DNA from: Acidimicrobiales bacterium
GTDB lineage: Bacteria; Actinomycetota; Acidimicrobiia; Acidimicrobiales; RAAP-2
Length of the DNA: 64,000 nucleotides
Reading direction: 5' to 3'
Assembly (NCBI GenBank): GCA_036264255.1
Contig: DATARI010000132.1
Coordinates: 2,775-66,774, forward strand
The translations under genes and the position numbers were made by a program. This document shows positions 50,470 through 60,186 of the stretch, one piece after another; the first letter of the stretch is position 1, and each line of letters begins with the position of its first letter. The notes under the pieces were generated by a model. It was not told where the DNA came from. It saw nothing but the letters and a program-made list of their open reading frames with translations, and did not search any database.

Positions 50470-53175
50470 CTACTTGGCCATCTGGCGGAGCATGTAGGGG
50501 AGGATCCCGCCCTGGCGGTAGTACTCGGCCTCCATCGGGGTGTCGATCCGCAGCCGGGCGGAGAACTCCACCACCCGGTCGCCGTCCACCGCCCGCACCC
50601 CCACCTCTTTGGGAACATCGCCGTCGTTGAGGGTCTCGATGCCGGAGATGGCGAACACCTCGTGCCCGGTCAGCCCGAGGGCCCCGGCGCTCTGCCCGTC
50701 GGCGAACTGCAGCGGCAGCACCCCCATCCCGATGAGGTTGGATCGGTGGATGCGCTCATAGCTGGCGGCGATGACGGCGCGCACCCCGAGCAAAGCGGTT
50801 CCCTTGGCCGCCCAGTCCCGCGACGAACCGGACCCGTATTCCTTGCCGGCCAGTACCACCAGCGGGACACCCTCTTCGGCGTAGCGGACCGAGGCGTCGA
50901 AGATGGTGGTCTGCTCGCCGTCGGGGAGATGGAGGGTGATGCCGCCCTCGGTGCCGGGGGCCAGCTGGTTGCGCAGCCGGACATTGGCGAACGTCCCCCG
51001 CATCATGACTTCGTGGTTGCCCCGGCGGGACCCGTAGGAATTGAAGTCCTTCCGCTCCACCCCGTGCTCGGCCAGATACTTCCCGGCCGGGGTCGACGGG
51101 CCGATGCTCCCGGCCGGCGAGATGTGGTCGGTGGTCACGCTGTCGCCGAGGACGGCCAGCACCCGGGCCCCGGTGATGTCGGTCACCCGGGTCGGCTGGT
51201 CGGACAGGTTCTCCAGGAACGGCGGCCGCAGCACGTAGGTGGAGGCGGCGTCCCACTCGAAGGTGTTGCCGGTGGCGGTGTCCATGTTCTGCCAGCGGGC
51301 CTCGCCGTCGAAGATCGAGCTGTAGCGGTCCCGGAACATCTCCGAAGTCAGCGACGTGCGGATGGCTTCGGTGACCTCCTCGGCCGACGGCCAGAGGTCG
51401 GCGAGACGGACCTCGTTCCCGTCGGTGTCGGTCCCGAGGGAGTCGTTCACCAGGTCGATGTCCATGGTGCCGGCCAGCGCGTAGGCCACTACCAGCGGCG
51501 GGGAGGCCAGGTAGTTCATCCGGACGTCGGGGTGGATCCGTCCCTCGAAGTTCCGGTTGCCGGAGAGCACGGAGACGGCGGAGAGGTCGGCGCCGAGGAC
51601 GGCTTCCGAGACCCCGGCGAGCAGGGGACCGGAGTTGCCGATGCAGGTGGTGCAGCCGAAGCCGACCAGGTCGAACCCGGCCTCCGCCAACGGCTCGGTG
51701 AGCCCGGCCCGGTCGAAGTAGTCCATCACCACCCGGGAGCCGGGCGCCAGTGACGTCTTCACCCAGGGCTTCGGCCGCAACCCGCGGTCGATGGCCTTCT
51801 TGGCCAGCAGCCCGGCCGCCACCATCACCTGGGGGTTGGAGGTATTGGTGCAGCTGGTGATGGCGGCGATCACCACATGGCCGTCCTCGATGGGCACCGT
51901 CGACCCGTCGGCCAGAGTGGCCACCGCCGACTTCTTCTCCTTCTGGTCGCCGAGCGCGGTGTGGAAGGCCTCCCGGGCGCCGGACAGCGAGACCCGGTCC
52001 TGGGGTCGGGAGGGGCCGGCGATGCTCGGCACCACGGTGGAGAGATCCAGCTCGATGGTCTCGGAGAAGACGGGCTCGGCCCCACCGGGCTGATGGAACA
52101 TGCCCTGTTCTTTGGCGTAGGCCTCGACCAGCGCCACCTGGTGCTCGTCACGACCGGTGAAGCGGAGGTAGTCGAGGGTCACGTCGTCGATGGGGAAGAT
52201 GGCACAGGTGGCGCCGTACTCGGGGGACATGTTCCCGATGGTGGCCCGGTTGGCCAGCGGCACCGCGGCCAGGCCGGGCCCGTAGAACTCGACGAACTTG
52301 CCCACCACCCCCCGCTGGCGGAGCAGCTGGGTGATGGTCAGCACCAGGTCGGTGGCGGTGGTGCCGGGCACCTGGCTTCCGGTGAGACGGAATCCGACCA
52401 CCGGCGGCAACAGCATGGAGAGCGGCTGGCCGAGCATGGCCGCCTCGGCCTCGATGCCGCCTACCCCCCAGCCGAGGACACCGAGCCCGTTGACCATGGT
52501 GGTGTGGGAGTCGGTGCCGACCAGGGTGTCGCAGTAGGCCCGGCCGTCCTCGGTGCCGAACACCACCCGGGAGAGGTATTCGAGGTTAACCTGATGGCAG
52601 ATGCCGGCACCGGGGGGGACGACCCGGAAGCCGTCGAAGGCCTGCTGGGCCCAGCGGAGCAGCTGATACCGCTCGATGTTGCGCTGGTATTCGATGTCGA
52701 CGTTCTGGTCGAAGGCCCCGGGGGTGCCGGTCACCTCGGCGATGACCGAGTGGTCGATGACCAGTTCCACCGGGACCAGGGGGTTGACCTTGGCCGGATC
52801 CCCATTCATCTCGGCCAGGGCGGCCCGCATGGCGGCCAGGTCGACGACGCCCGGCACCCCGGTGAAGTCCTGCATCAGGACCCGCTCGGGGGTGAGGGCG
52901 ATCTCGACGGCGTCGTTCCCGGCGGCCCCGTGCCGCTCGGGGCTGCGGCCCCAGTCGGCCACCGACTCGATGTCCTGGGCGCTGACCGCCAGCCCGTCCT
53001 CGTGCCGGAGCAGGTTCTCGAGGACGACCTTGATCGAGTACGGGAGCCGGGCGATGTCGTACCGCAAGGCCAGGGCGTTGATCCGGAAGATCTCGTAGGT
53101 CCGGTCCCCGACGGTCAGGTCGGCCCGGGCTCCGAAGCTGTCAGGAGCGGATGATGACGAGGGGGAGGGTGCCAT
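50470..53175 (-). CDS. acnA: Aconitate hydratase A
   Basis: 901 aa with conserved aconitase blocks ([37 protein letters not shown]). Confidence 0.95.
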   Translation of the reverse strand: MAPSPSSSSAPDSFGARADLTVGDRTYEIFRINALALRYDIARLPYSIKVVLENLLRHEDGLAVSAQDIESVADWGRSPERHGAAGNDAVEIALTPERVLMQDFTGVPGVVDLAAMRAALAEMNGDPAKVNPLVPVELVIDHSVIAEVTGTPGAFDQNVDIEYQRNIERYQLLRWAQQAFDGFRVVPPGAGICHQVNLEYLSRVVFGTEDGRAYCDTLVGTDSHTTMVNGLGVLGWGVGGIEAEAAMLGQPLSMLLPPVVGFRLTGSQVPGTTATDLVLTITQLLRQRGVVGKFVEFYGPGLAAVPLANRATIGNMSPEYGATCAIFPIDDVTLDYLRFTGRDEHQVALVEAYAKEQGMFHQPGGAEPVFSETIELDLSTVVPSIAGPSRPQDRVSLSGAREAFHTALGDQKEKKSAVATLADGSTVPIEDGHVVIAAITSCTNTSNPQVMVAAGLLAKKAIDRGLRPKPWVKTSLAPGSRVVMDYFDRAGLTEPLAEAGFDLVGFGCTTCIGNSGPLLAGVSEAVLGADLSAVSVLSGNRNFEGRIHPDVRMNYLASPPLVVAYALAGTMDIDLVNDSLGTDTDGNEVRLADLWPSAEEVTEAIRTSLTSEMFRDRYSSIFDGEARWQNMDTATGNTFEWDAASTYVLRPPFLENLSDQPTRVTDITGARVLAVLGDSVTTDHISPAGSIGPSTPAGKYLAEHGVERKDFNSYGSRRGNHEVMMRGTFANVRLRNQLAPGTEGGITLHLPDGEQTTIFDASVRYAEEGVPLVVLAGKEYGSGSSRDWAAKGTALLGVRAVIAASYERIHRSNLIGMGVLPLQFADGQSAGALGLTGHEVFAISGIETLNDGDVPKEVGVRAVDGDRVVEFSARLRIDTPMEAEYYRQGGILPYMLRQMAK

Positions 53176-53253
53176 GAGCCCATTCTGCCCACTCCCGGAG
53201 GTCTGGCGCCATGCGGGGGCTGGTCGCCTGCCGGGGTTGCGCGGACGGTTCGG

Positions 53254-54078
53254 TCAGGTCCGGGTCCGGTACCGCCAGACGGCCAGCGGGGGCAGGACGA
53301 TGAGGATCCCCACCGTCCAGATCAGAGCCAGGATGAGCCAGTGGGCAGTGGGTCCGCCGATCATCAGGGACCGACAGGCGGTCACCACCAGGCTCACCGG
53401 TTGGTAGGTGGCGAAGCCCTGCAGCCAGCTGGGCATGTCCTGGACCGGGACGAAGGCCGAGGAGGCGAAGGTCAGCGGGAACAGCAGCGGGAAGGACATG
53501 ACCTGGGCCGTCTCGCTGTTGGGGGCGGAGAGCCCGATCACCGCGAAGCCCCAGGACAGGGCGTAGGCGAACAACAGGATGAGTCCGATGGCGGCCAGGT
53601 AGGGGAGCACCCCGGTGCTCGGGCGGAAGCCGACCAGCAGTCCCACCCCGGTGATGACGATGACCACCACCACGTTCCGGCAGAGGTCGGCGGTGGTGCG
53701 GCCGGCCAGTACCGCCGAGCGGGCCATGGGGAGGGCCCGGAACCGTTCGATCAACCCCTTCTGGAGGTCCTCGGCCAACCCGATGCTGGTGCTGACCGCG
53801 CCGAACGCCACTGTCTGGACGAAGATCCCCGGCATCAGGTAGTTGGTGTAGCTGACCCCGGGTGGGTGGATGGCACCGCCGAAGACGTAGCGGAACAACA
53901 GCACGAACATGATCGGCTGCACCGTCGAGAAGAACAAAGCCTCGGGGATCCGGGTGTAGCCGATCAGATTGCGCTTGGTGACCGTCCAGGTGTCGGTGAG
54001 CGCCCACCGGATGCGGGCCCCCGCCCCGGTGGCCAATGGTGCGCCGGTGACGGTCGGGATCGAGATGGTGGTGGTCAT
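53254..54078 (-). CDS. ABC-2 exporter permease (DrrB-like)
   Basis: Six hydrophobic segments. Overlaps the upstream ATPase gene by 4 nt. Confidence 0.85.
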   Translation of the reverse strand: MTTTISIPTVTGAPLATGAGARIRWALTDTWTVTKRNLIGYTRIPEALFFSTVQPIMFVLLFRYVFGGAIHPPGVSYTNYLMPGIFVQTVAFGAVSTSIGLAEDLQKGLIERFRALPMARSAVLAGRTTADLCRNVVVVIVITGVGLLVGFRPSTGVLPYLAAIGLILLFAYALSWGFAVIGLSAPNSETAQVMSFPLLFPLTFASSAFVPVQDMPSWLQGFATYQPVSLVVTACRSLMIGGPTAHWLILALIWTVGILIVLPPLAVWRYRTRT

Positions 54079-55121
54079 CGGTTGCCTCCTACCGGGACGG
54101 GTGTCGATTGAGGACGGTCGGAGCGAGAGCCGTCTCCACCGAGGGCATGGGGGTCAGCTCCGTCTCCGGCCACCTCGTCTTCGGTACGGTGCCCGGTCAG
54201 CGCCAGGAACACATCATCGAGGCTGGGCTCCCGGAGGGTGAAGGTCACCGGGGTGATCCCGGCCTGGTCGAGAGCCCGGAGGGCGGTCATGGCATCCACC
54301 GGACCGTTGTCCACGGTCACGTCGACCACCCGGCCGTTGATGTTCGGGGTGTGGGGCCCAATCGCCTCCAGCACCGGAACCGCGCGGCCGGCGTCATCGT
54401 GATCGTGGAGACCGACTTCGAGGACGGTGGCACCCAGTTCGGACTTGAGTTGGGTCGGGGTGCCCTCGGCAATGACCCGGCCGTGGTCGAGCACCGACAG
54501 GGTGTCGGCCAGGCGGTCGGCCTCCTCGAGGTACTGGGTGGTGAGGAGCACGGTCGTCCCCCCGCCCACCAGGCTCTCGATGACCTCCCAGAGGTCGTTC
54601 CGGCTCTGAGGGTCGAGGCCGGTGGTCGGCTCGTCGAGGAAGAGGACGCTCGGCCGGGCCACCAGGGCGGCGGCCAGGTCGAGTCGACGGCGCATGCCGC
54701 CCGAGTAGGTCTTGAGGGTCCGGTCGCCGGCGTCGGCCAGGTCGAACTGGTCGAGCAGTTCCTTGGACCGACTGGTCACATACGACTTCGGCAGGTGATT
54801 GAGGCGACCGACCATGACCAGGTTCTCGCGCCCGGTCAGGTTCTCGTCGACGGCTGCGTACTGGCCGGCCAGGCCGATCAGACTTCGGACCAGGGCGGCC
54901 TCTTTGGCCACGTCGTGGCCGAGGACCACGGCCGAGCCACTGTCGGCTTTGAGGATGGTGGTCAGGATCCGCACCGCGGTGGTCTTGCCCGATCCGTTCG
55001 GACCCAGCAGCCCGAACACGGTCCCCTCTTCGACATTGAAGCTCACCCCGTCGAGGGCGCGGACCTCGAGCTTTCCGGTGAACGTCTTCTTGATGTCGGT
55101 CACTTCGATTGCGTGTGGCAT
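54075..55121 (-). CDS. ABC exporter ATP-binding protein (DrrA-like)
   Basis: GPNGSGKTT, YSGGMRRRL, LFLDEPTTGLDP, and a DrrA-type C-terminal extension. Confidence 0.9.
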   Translation of the reverse strand: MPHAIEVTDIKKTFTGKLEVRALDGVSFNVEEGTVFGLLGPNGSGKTTAVRILTTILKADSGSAVVLGHDVAKEAALVRSLIGLAGQYAAVDENLTGRENLVMVGRLNHLPKSYVTSRSKELLDQFDLADAGDRTLKTYSGGMRRRLDLAAALVARPSVLFLDEPTTGLDPQSRNDLWEVIESLVGGGTTVLLTTQYLEEADRLADTLSVLDHGRVIAEGTPTQLKSELGATVLEVGLHDHDDAGRAVPVLEAIGPHTPNINGRVVDVTVDNGPVDAMTALRALDQAGITPVTFTLREPSLDDVFLALTGHRTEDEVAGDGADPHALGGDGSRSDRPQSTPVPVGGNR

Positions 55122-55205
55122 CGGCAGGGTCCCCGTCTTCGAGTTGCACGATCAGTGAAGCACATTCCCTTTACTTTTGGAAATCTTAACTATTAGAGTA
55201 TTTGT
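55122..55205. promoter_or_regulatory. AT-richer divergent promoter region (drrA-like / marR)
   Basis: An 84-nt intergenic stretch with conspicuously low GC at its right end (CTTTACTTTTGGAAATCTTAACTATTAGAGTATTTGTGTG). No specific -35/-10 assignment is claimed. Confidence 0.35.
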
Positions 55206-55730
55206 GTGTCAACCGAGTTGGGGGATCCCGAAGTCAAACGAGGAAGGGCTCGAAGACGAGCCGCCGAGGTCCCGGGACCACCGGAGCCGCTGGAGGGTTT
55301 GAGACACTTCGAGCTCGGCGAGGCCATGCGGGCCTACCAGATGTCCGTCGACATCTTCGACGAGGCGGTGGCCGGCAAGCTCGGGCTCAACCGCACCGAC
55401 TTCCGGTGCATCGACATCCTCGACCAGCACCAGCCGATGACCGCCGGGGCCCTGGCCCAGGCTGCCCGCATCTCGACGGGCACCATGACCTTCGTCATCG
55501 ACCGCCTGGAGGCGGCCGGGTTCGTGAGACGGCGCCGGGACGGCGACGATCGGCGCCGGGTCCTCGTGGAGATCGTGCCGGCTGCCCACCGGAAGGTGAT
55601 GGCGTATCACCTCCCGATGATCCAGGACGCCCGGGCGGCGCTGGCCGAGTTGACCGCCGACGAGATCGCGGTGGTCTGCAAATTCCTCACCATCAGCGCG
55701 GCCGTGTTCCGGAGGAACATTCCCGCCTGA
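55206..55730 (+). CDS. MarR-family transcriptional regulator
   Basis: Winged helix: MTAGALAQAARISTGTMTFVIDRLEAAGFVRRRRDGDDRRRVLVE. Confidence 0.85.
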   Translation: MSTELGDPEVKRGRARRRAAEVPGPPEPLEGLRHFELGEAMRAYQMSVDIFDEAVAGKLGLNRTDFRCIDILDQHQPMTAGALAQAARISTGTMTFVIDRLEAAGFVRRRRDGDDRRRVLVEIVPAAHRKVMAYHLPMIQDARAALAELTADEIAVVCKFLTISAAVFRRNIPA

Positions 55731-55794
55731 CACCGGCCCGGGGCCTGAGGCGATCTGCGGAGCACGACCGTCGACAAGCCGTTAGCCTCAGCCC

Positions 55795-56256
55795 ATGGAA
55801 GAAGGCGATCTGGCACCAGACTTCGAGCTCCCCGACGAGAACGGGACACTTCGCCGGCTCAGCGACCTGCTGGTCAACGGTCCGGTGGTCCTGTACTTCT
55901 ACCCGGCGGCCATGACGCCGGGGTGCACGGCCGAGAGCTGCCACTTCCGCGACATGAAGGCGGAATTCGAGGCGGTGGGCGCCCAACGGATCGGCATCAG
56001 CGCCGATCAGGTGGAGAAGCAGAAGCGGTTTTCCGACAAGCACTCGTTCGACTTCCCGCTCCTCTCCGACCCCGACGGAGCGGTGGCCACCCAGTATGGG
56101 GTCCGGCGGCGCATCACGGTGTTGTCGCCCACCAAGCGGGCGACGTTCGTGATCGGGCGGGACCGCAAGATCGCCGCCATCATCCAGAGCGAAGTGCGGA
56201 TGAACGTGCATGCCGACCGGGCGCTCGAAGCGGTGTCGAAGCTCGCTGCCGCCTGA
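55795..56256 (+). CDS. Peroxiredoxin, Bcp/AhpC-TSA type (second copy)
   Basis: APDFELPDENG...VLYFYPAAMTPGCTAESC. Confidence 0.9.
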   Translation: MEEGDLAPDFELPDENGTLRRLSDLLVNGPVVLYFYPAAMTPGCTAESCHFRDMKAEFEAVGAQRIGISADQVEKQKRFSDKHSFDFPLLSDPDGAVATQYGVRRRITVLSPTKRATFVIGRDRKIAAIIQSEVRMNVHADRALEAVSKLAAA

Positions 56257-56392
56257 GGCGACGACGGCGCGATGACGCCGCTCGCCAAACCCGTGTGGTG
56301 TCCCGCCCGGTGACGAAGGTCCCCGGCACCGTCCGTCTCCGATGGGACACTGTCGCCATGCGGCTGTGGTCTCAACATCGGAGAACCCCGGG

Positions 56393-56950
56393 GTGAGCCC
56401 GAATCCGATCAACGACCGCGTCGAGCGCATGGCCCAGGCCATCGCCGAGCGGGTGGTCGGCCTGGTCCTCGACTCCATCGACCTCAACGCGATCATGGAG
56501 CGGATCGACGTCGATCGGGTGGTGTCGAGGGTCAACGCTGACGCCATCGTGGACCGGGTGGACGTCGAGAAGATCATCGACCGGGTCGACGTCGAGAAGA
56601 TCGTCGAGCGAGTGGACGTGGACAAGCTCGTCGAGCGGGTGGACGTCAACGCCCTGGTTGAACGCGTCGACGTCCGGCGGATCGTCGACCAGCTGGACAT
56701 CGAATCACTGGTGGCGCAGACCGAGTTGGGGTCGATCATTTTCAAGTCGACCTCCAGCGTGGCCGCGGAGGTCCTGGACGTGATCCGGGCCCAAGGCGTC
56801 GGCCTGGACGATTTCTTCGCCCGGTGGACCAACCGGATCCTGCGACGCGACCCGGCCTCGCTGCCGCTCGGGCCCTCCGCCCTGGTCTCTCCCACCCCGG
56901 CGGACGTCCCCGCGCTGCCGGCGCTTCCGGCGCAGGTCGACGCACCGTGA
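56393..56950 (+). CDS. Nonapeptide tandem-repeat protein, function unknown
   Basis: GTG 56393 with GGAGA about 8 nt upstream; an alternative ATG is at 56342. The core consists of nine consecutive 9-aa units. The stop overlaps the RDD gene start (GTGA). Confidence 0.6.
   Translation: MSPNPINDRVERMAQAIAERVVGLVLDSIDLNAIMERIDVDRVVSRVNADAIVDRVDVEKIIDRVDVEKIVERVDVDKLVERVDVNALVERVDVRRIVDQLDIESLVAQTELGSIIFKSTSSVAAEVLDVIRAQGVGLDDFFARWTNRILRRDPASLPLGPSALVSPTPADVPALPALPAQVDAP
56477..56719 (+). repeat. Nine in-frame 27-nt repeats encoding (V/I)D(V)xx(I/L)(V/I)(E/D)R units
   Basis: The units are IDLNAIMER, IDVDRVVSR, VNADAIVDR, VDVEKIIDR, VDVEKIVER, VDVDKLVER, VDVNALVER, VDVRRIVDQ and LDIESLVAQ. Confidence 0.85.
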
Positions 56951-57471
56951 TCACCCCTCCACCCCCGGCCCTCTACGAGGGGAGACAAGGTCACTATGCC
57001 GGGGCCGTCACCCGCCTGGTTGCCTTTGGCGCCGACGTCGGCGCGTCGTGGGGCCTCTACACCCTCGGGTTGGGGGCCGTCTCCCTCACCGTGGCGCTGG
57101 CCACCGGTCGGGCGTTCTCGGTGGGCCGAAATCAGGTGCCGACCTTGATCGTGCTGGTGGTCTGGGAGTTCCTCTACTTCGCCTACCAGTGGGCACTCAG
57201 TGGGAAGACGATCGGCATGGCGATCCTCGGGATCCAGGTGGTGAGCGCCGACGGAAGGCCGATGGCCCCTCGTCAAGCCGTCCTGCGCACCCTGGCCTTG
57301 CCGTTGAGTGTGGCGATCATCGGTTTGGGGTTCCTCGGCATCCTGGTGCAACGGGAGCGGCGAGCCCTCCACGATCTGGTGGCGGGCACCGCAGTCGTCT
57401 ACTCGTGGGATGCCCGGGCCGCCCGCCTGCGTTGGCTGGCCCGTCAAGCCCCGGAGACAACCGGCAGCTGA
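56947..57471 (+). CDS. RDD-family membrane protein
   Basis: Three hydrophobic segments with the R...D...D signature residues (RLVAFGAD..., ...RRALHDLVAGTAVV). Confidence 0.8.
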   Translation: MITPPPPALYEGRQGHYAGAVTRLVAFGADVGASWGLYTLGLGAVSLTVALATGRAFSVGRNQVPTLIVLVVWEFLYFAYQWALSGKTIGMAILGIQVVSADGRPMAPRQAVLRTLALPLSVAIIGLGFLGILVQRERRALHDLVAGTAVVYSWDARAARLRWLARQAPETTGS

Positions 57472-57521
57472 CGCGGTGCCACCGGTCGCCGGCCGGCCGG
57501 GCGGTGTTGGGATCCCTTCCG

Positions 57522-58445
57522 TTACTGGTGGAAGTAGTGGCCTTGGTCGAGATCTTCGATGAGCCCGACCTCGGTGGGCTGCCATCCCAGGAGCTCACGG
57601 GTGAGCGCGCTGGAGGCCGGGGCGTCGAGCGCCAGAAGTGGGGCCATCCAGGTGAAATGTCCGGGGGCGTCGTCAGAGGAGATGGACACCACCGGAATGT
57701 CGAGGTGGCGCCCGATCACCTCGGCGATGTCGCGGATCGGCACGCCTTCTTCCGCCACCCCGTGGAGGGTCGACCCCGCCGGTGCCTCCAGCGCCAGGCA
57801 GAAGAGCTTCGCAGAATCGAGGCGGTGCACCGCATTCCAGCGATTGGTCCCGTTCCCGATGTAGCCGGAGGCGCCCTGGTCCCGAGCGATGCTCACCAGG
57901 GTGGCGACGAAGCCGTTGTCTCCTTGGCCGTGATTGGTCGGGGCGAGTCGCACGACGGAGGATCGGATGCCGCGGGAAGCCATGGAAAGCACCAACTCGG
58001 CAGTGGCGTGCCGAGCGCTCGGACCCTCGCCCACCTCGCCTACCGACGGGTCGGAGCCGTGCCCGTCCCGCTCGGTGGCCACCCGCCCGGGAGCGAGCCC
58101 GAGGGTGCCGGACGCGATGACCAACGGTCGATCGGTACCGGCGAGCGCGTCGCCGAGGGTCTCGACGGCACGGCGGTCGGCAGTGGCCGCGCCCAGGAAG
58201 TCGCCGGAAAAGGCGAGGTCGTGCTTGAAAGCGAGATGGATGACACCGTCCGACCCGGCGGCGGCGGCCCGCAGTCCGTCGAGATCGTCGAGCGAGCCGC
58301 GATGGACTTCGGCCCCGGCGGCTTCGAGGGCGGCGACCGAGGCATCCGAGCGGGCCAGCCCGACGACCTGGTGGCCAGCACCGATGAGCTCGGGAACGAC
58401 GGCCGAACCGATCCAGCCGGACGCGCCGGTGACGAATACACGCAT
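57522..58445 (-). CDS. NAD(P)-dependent epimerase/dehydratase-family (atypical SDR) protein
   Basis: MRVFVTGASGWIGSAVVPELI Rossmann motif. Trimmed to ATG 58445. Confidence 0.85.
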   Translation of the reverse strand: MRVFVTGASGWIGSAVVPELIGAGHQVVGLARSDASVAALEAAGAEVHRGSLDDLDGLRAAAAGSDGVIHLAFKHDLAFSGDFLGAATADRRAVETLGDALAGTDRPLVIASGTLGLAPGRVATERDGHGSDPSVGEVGEGPSARHATAELVLSMASRGIRSSVVRLAPTNHGQGDNGFVATLVSIARDQGASGYIGNGTNRWNAVHRLDSAKLFCLALEAPAGSTLHGVAEEGVPIRDIAEVIGRHLDIPVVSISSDDAPGHFTWMAPLLALDAPASSALTRELLGWQPTEVGLIEDLDQGHYFHQ

Positions 58446-58563
58446 GAGGGATACCTCCAGGTTGATGACCATCCTCGAAGGGGGAGGACCGTCGATGTCA
58501 GTGGCTGCCATCACTGTACCATCTATGTCAGGGACTGTCATCACCGGTGAGTACGATGGTCTG

Positions 58564-59130
58564 ATGGTGCGTTGGGAACCGGACAGCCGGGGCAGGCTCG
58601 AGCAGGCGGCCCTGGCTCTCTACGGTGAGCGCGGGTTCGAGAACACCACCGTTGCGGAGATCGCCGCCCGGGCCGGACTGACCGAGCGAACCTTTTTCCG
58701 GTATTTCGCCGACAAGCGTGAAGTCCTGTTCTCGGGCGCCGGCCTGCTCCAGGAGGTCCTCGTCGGCACCGTCGTCGGGGCCGCCGATGCCGTCTCGCCG
58801 ATCGACGCGGTCATCCTCGCCCTCGAAGCCGCTGGCGCGGTGCTCGAGGAGCGCCGTGAAAGCGCCCGGGTACGCCAGAGCATCATCGCCGCCAACACCG
58901 AGCTGCAAGAACGCGAGCTGATCAAGCTGGCCACCCTCGCCGCCGCGCTCGCCGATGCCTTGGGCCGCCGAGGGGTGCCGGGCCTGGAGGCGGCGCTGAC
59001 CGCGGAGGCGGGCATCGCGGTCTTCAAAGTCGGGTTCGAACGTTGGGTCGACACCGGCAACCGGCGATCCCTGCCGGAGCTCATCCGAGATTCGCTGGAC
59101 GTGCTGAAAGCGGTGACCGCCGGCGGGTGA
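58564..59130 (+). CDS. TetR-family transcriptional regulator
   Basis: YGERGFENTTVAEIAARAGLTERTFFRYFADKREVLF. Divergent from the SDR gene. Confidence 0.85.
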   Translation: MVRWEPDSRGRLEQAALALYGERGFENTTVAEIAARAGLTERTFFRYFADKREVLFSGAGLLQEVLVGTVVGAADAVSPIDAVILALEAAGAVLEERRESARVRQSIIAANTELQERELIKLATLAAALADALGRRGVPGLEAALTAEAGIAVFKVGFERWVDTGNRRSLPELIRDSLDVLKAVTAGG

Positions 59131-59171
59131 TCGCTGGGGCGCCTTCCTCCCGCGCCCGGACCTCAACGCCG

Positions 59172-59426
59172 TCACTTCCACCGGAAATGGACGAACACCC
59201 TTCCGAAATTGTTGGAGTCCTTTTCGACCCGGTGGTAGAGCGCCTTGATCTCTTTTTGATCGAGAAACCGCAGGACCCGCTTCTTCAGCTGGCCGCTTCC
59301 CTTGCCCGGGATGATCTCGACCAGTGGCGCCTTTTTCTCCACCGCCTCCTCGATGATGGCCCGGAGGGCCCGGTCGATGTCGCCGCCCCGGTTGTAGATG
59401 TCGTGCAAGTCCAACTTCAGCTTCAC
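59172..59426 (-). CDS. Stand-alone Smr-domain protein (84 aa)
   Basis: LDLHD...IIPGKGSGQLKKRVLRFL matches the Smr/MutS2 C-terminal domain pattern. GTG start. The upstream part of the track ORF was rejected. Confidence 0.75.
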   Translation of the reverse strand: MKLKLDLHDIYNRGGDIDRALRAIIEEAVEKKAPLVEIIPGKGSGQLKKRVLRFLDQKEIKALYHRVEKDSNNFGRVFVHFRWK

Positions 59427-59511
59427 CGGGTCCGGTCTACACCCGCCCTTCCGGTCGGGGTAGCGGGGAACCGGCTGGGGCAGTGTCGACCTGTGGCAGG
59501 GTGGACGGTCT

Positions 59512-60177
59512 ATGTCGCGGCTGATTCCCCGGGAACGGGTCGAAGTGGCGCCGGGCGCCGTCCACCTGCCGGGATGGCTGGACCTCGACGCCCAGCGCCG
59601 GCTGGCCACCTCGTGCCGGACCTGGATCGCCCGGTCCGGGGGCGCCCATGCCCCCCGGCTCCCTACCGGCGGGGTGATGTCGGTGGAGATGGCCTGTCTC
59701 GGTTGGCACTGGTTCCCCTACGGCTACAGCCGCACGGTGGACGACGGCGACGGTCGGGAGGTAGCCGCCTTCCCCGAAGAGCTGGCCGATCTGGGGCGAC
59801 GGGCGGTGGCCGACGCCTATCGCGACCCGGAGGCGGGTAGCGCCTACCGGCCGGATGTCGCCCTCATCAATTGGTACGACGCCACCGCCCGTATGGGGAT
59901 GCACGCCGACCGGGACGAGAAGAGCCGAGCGCCGGTGGTCTCGCTGAGCCTGGGGGAGACCTGCATCTTCCGGTTCGGCAACACCTCCACCCGGAATCGC
60001 CCGTGGACCGACGTCGAGCTCGAGTCCGGAGACCTGTTCGCCTTCGGCGGCGAATCTCGGCTCGCCTATCACGGGGTGCCGAAACTGCTCCCCGGCAGTG
60101 GGGACCCGACCCTCGGATTCTCCGGGGGCCGCTACAACCTGACTATCCGGGAAACCGGCTTGGCGGTGGGCGGGTGA
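59512..60177 (+). CDS. alkB: Alpha-ketoglutarate/Fe(II)-dependent dioxygenase AlkB
   Basis: LINWYDATARMGMHADRDE (H-x-D), a second His in RLAYHGVPK, and RYNLTIR. Confidence 0.9.
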   Translation: MSRLIPRERVEVAPGAVHLPGWLDLDAQRRLATSCRTWIARSGGAHAPRLPTGGVMSVEMACLGWHWFPYGYSRTVDDGDGREVAAFPEELADLGRRAVADAYRDPEAGSAYRPDVALINWYDATARMGMHADRDEKSRAPVVSLSLGETCIFRFGNTSTRNRPWTDVELESGDLFAFGGESRLAYHGVPKLLPGSGDPTLGFSGGRYNLTIRETGLAVGG

Positions 60178-60186
60178 GGGGGCGGA

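Noticed and set aside
55693-57585. 630-aa minus-strand ORF over the peroxiredoxin, repeat-protein and RDD genes
   Set aside because: It is antisense to genes with clear motifs. Its own periodic STRST... segment is simply the reverse-frame echo of the nonapeptide repeats.
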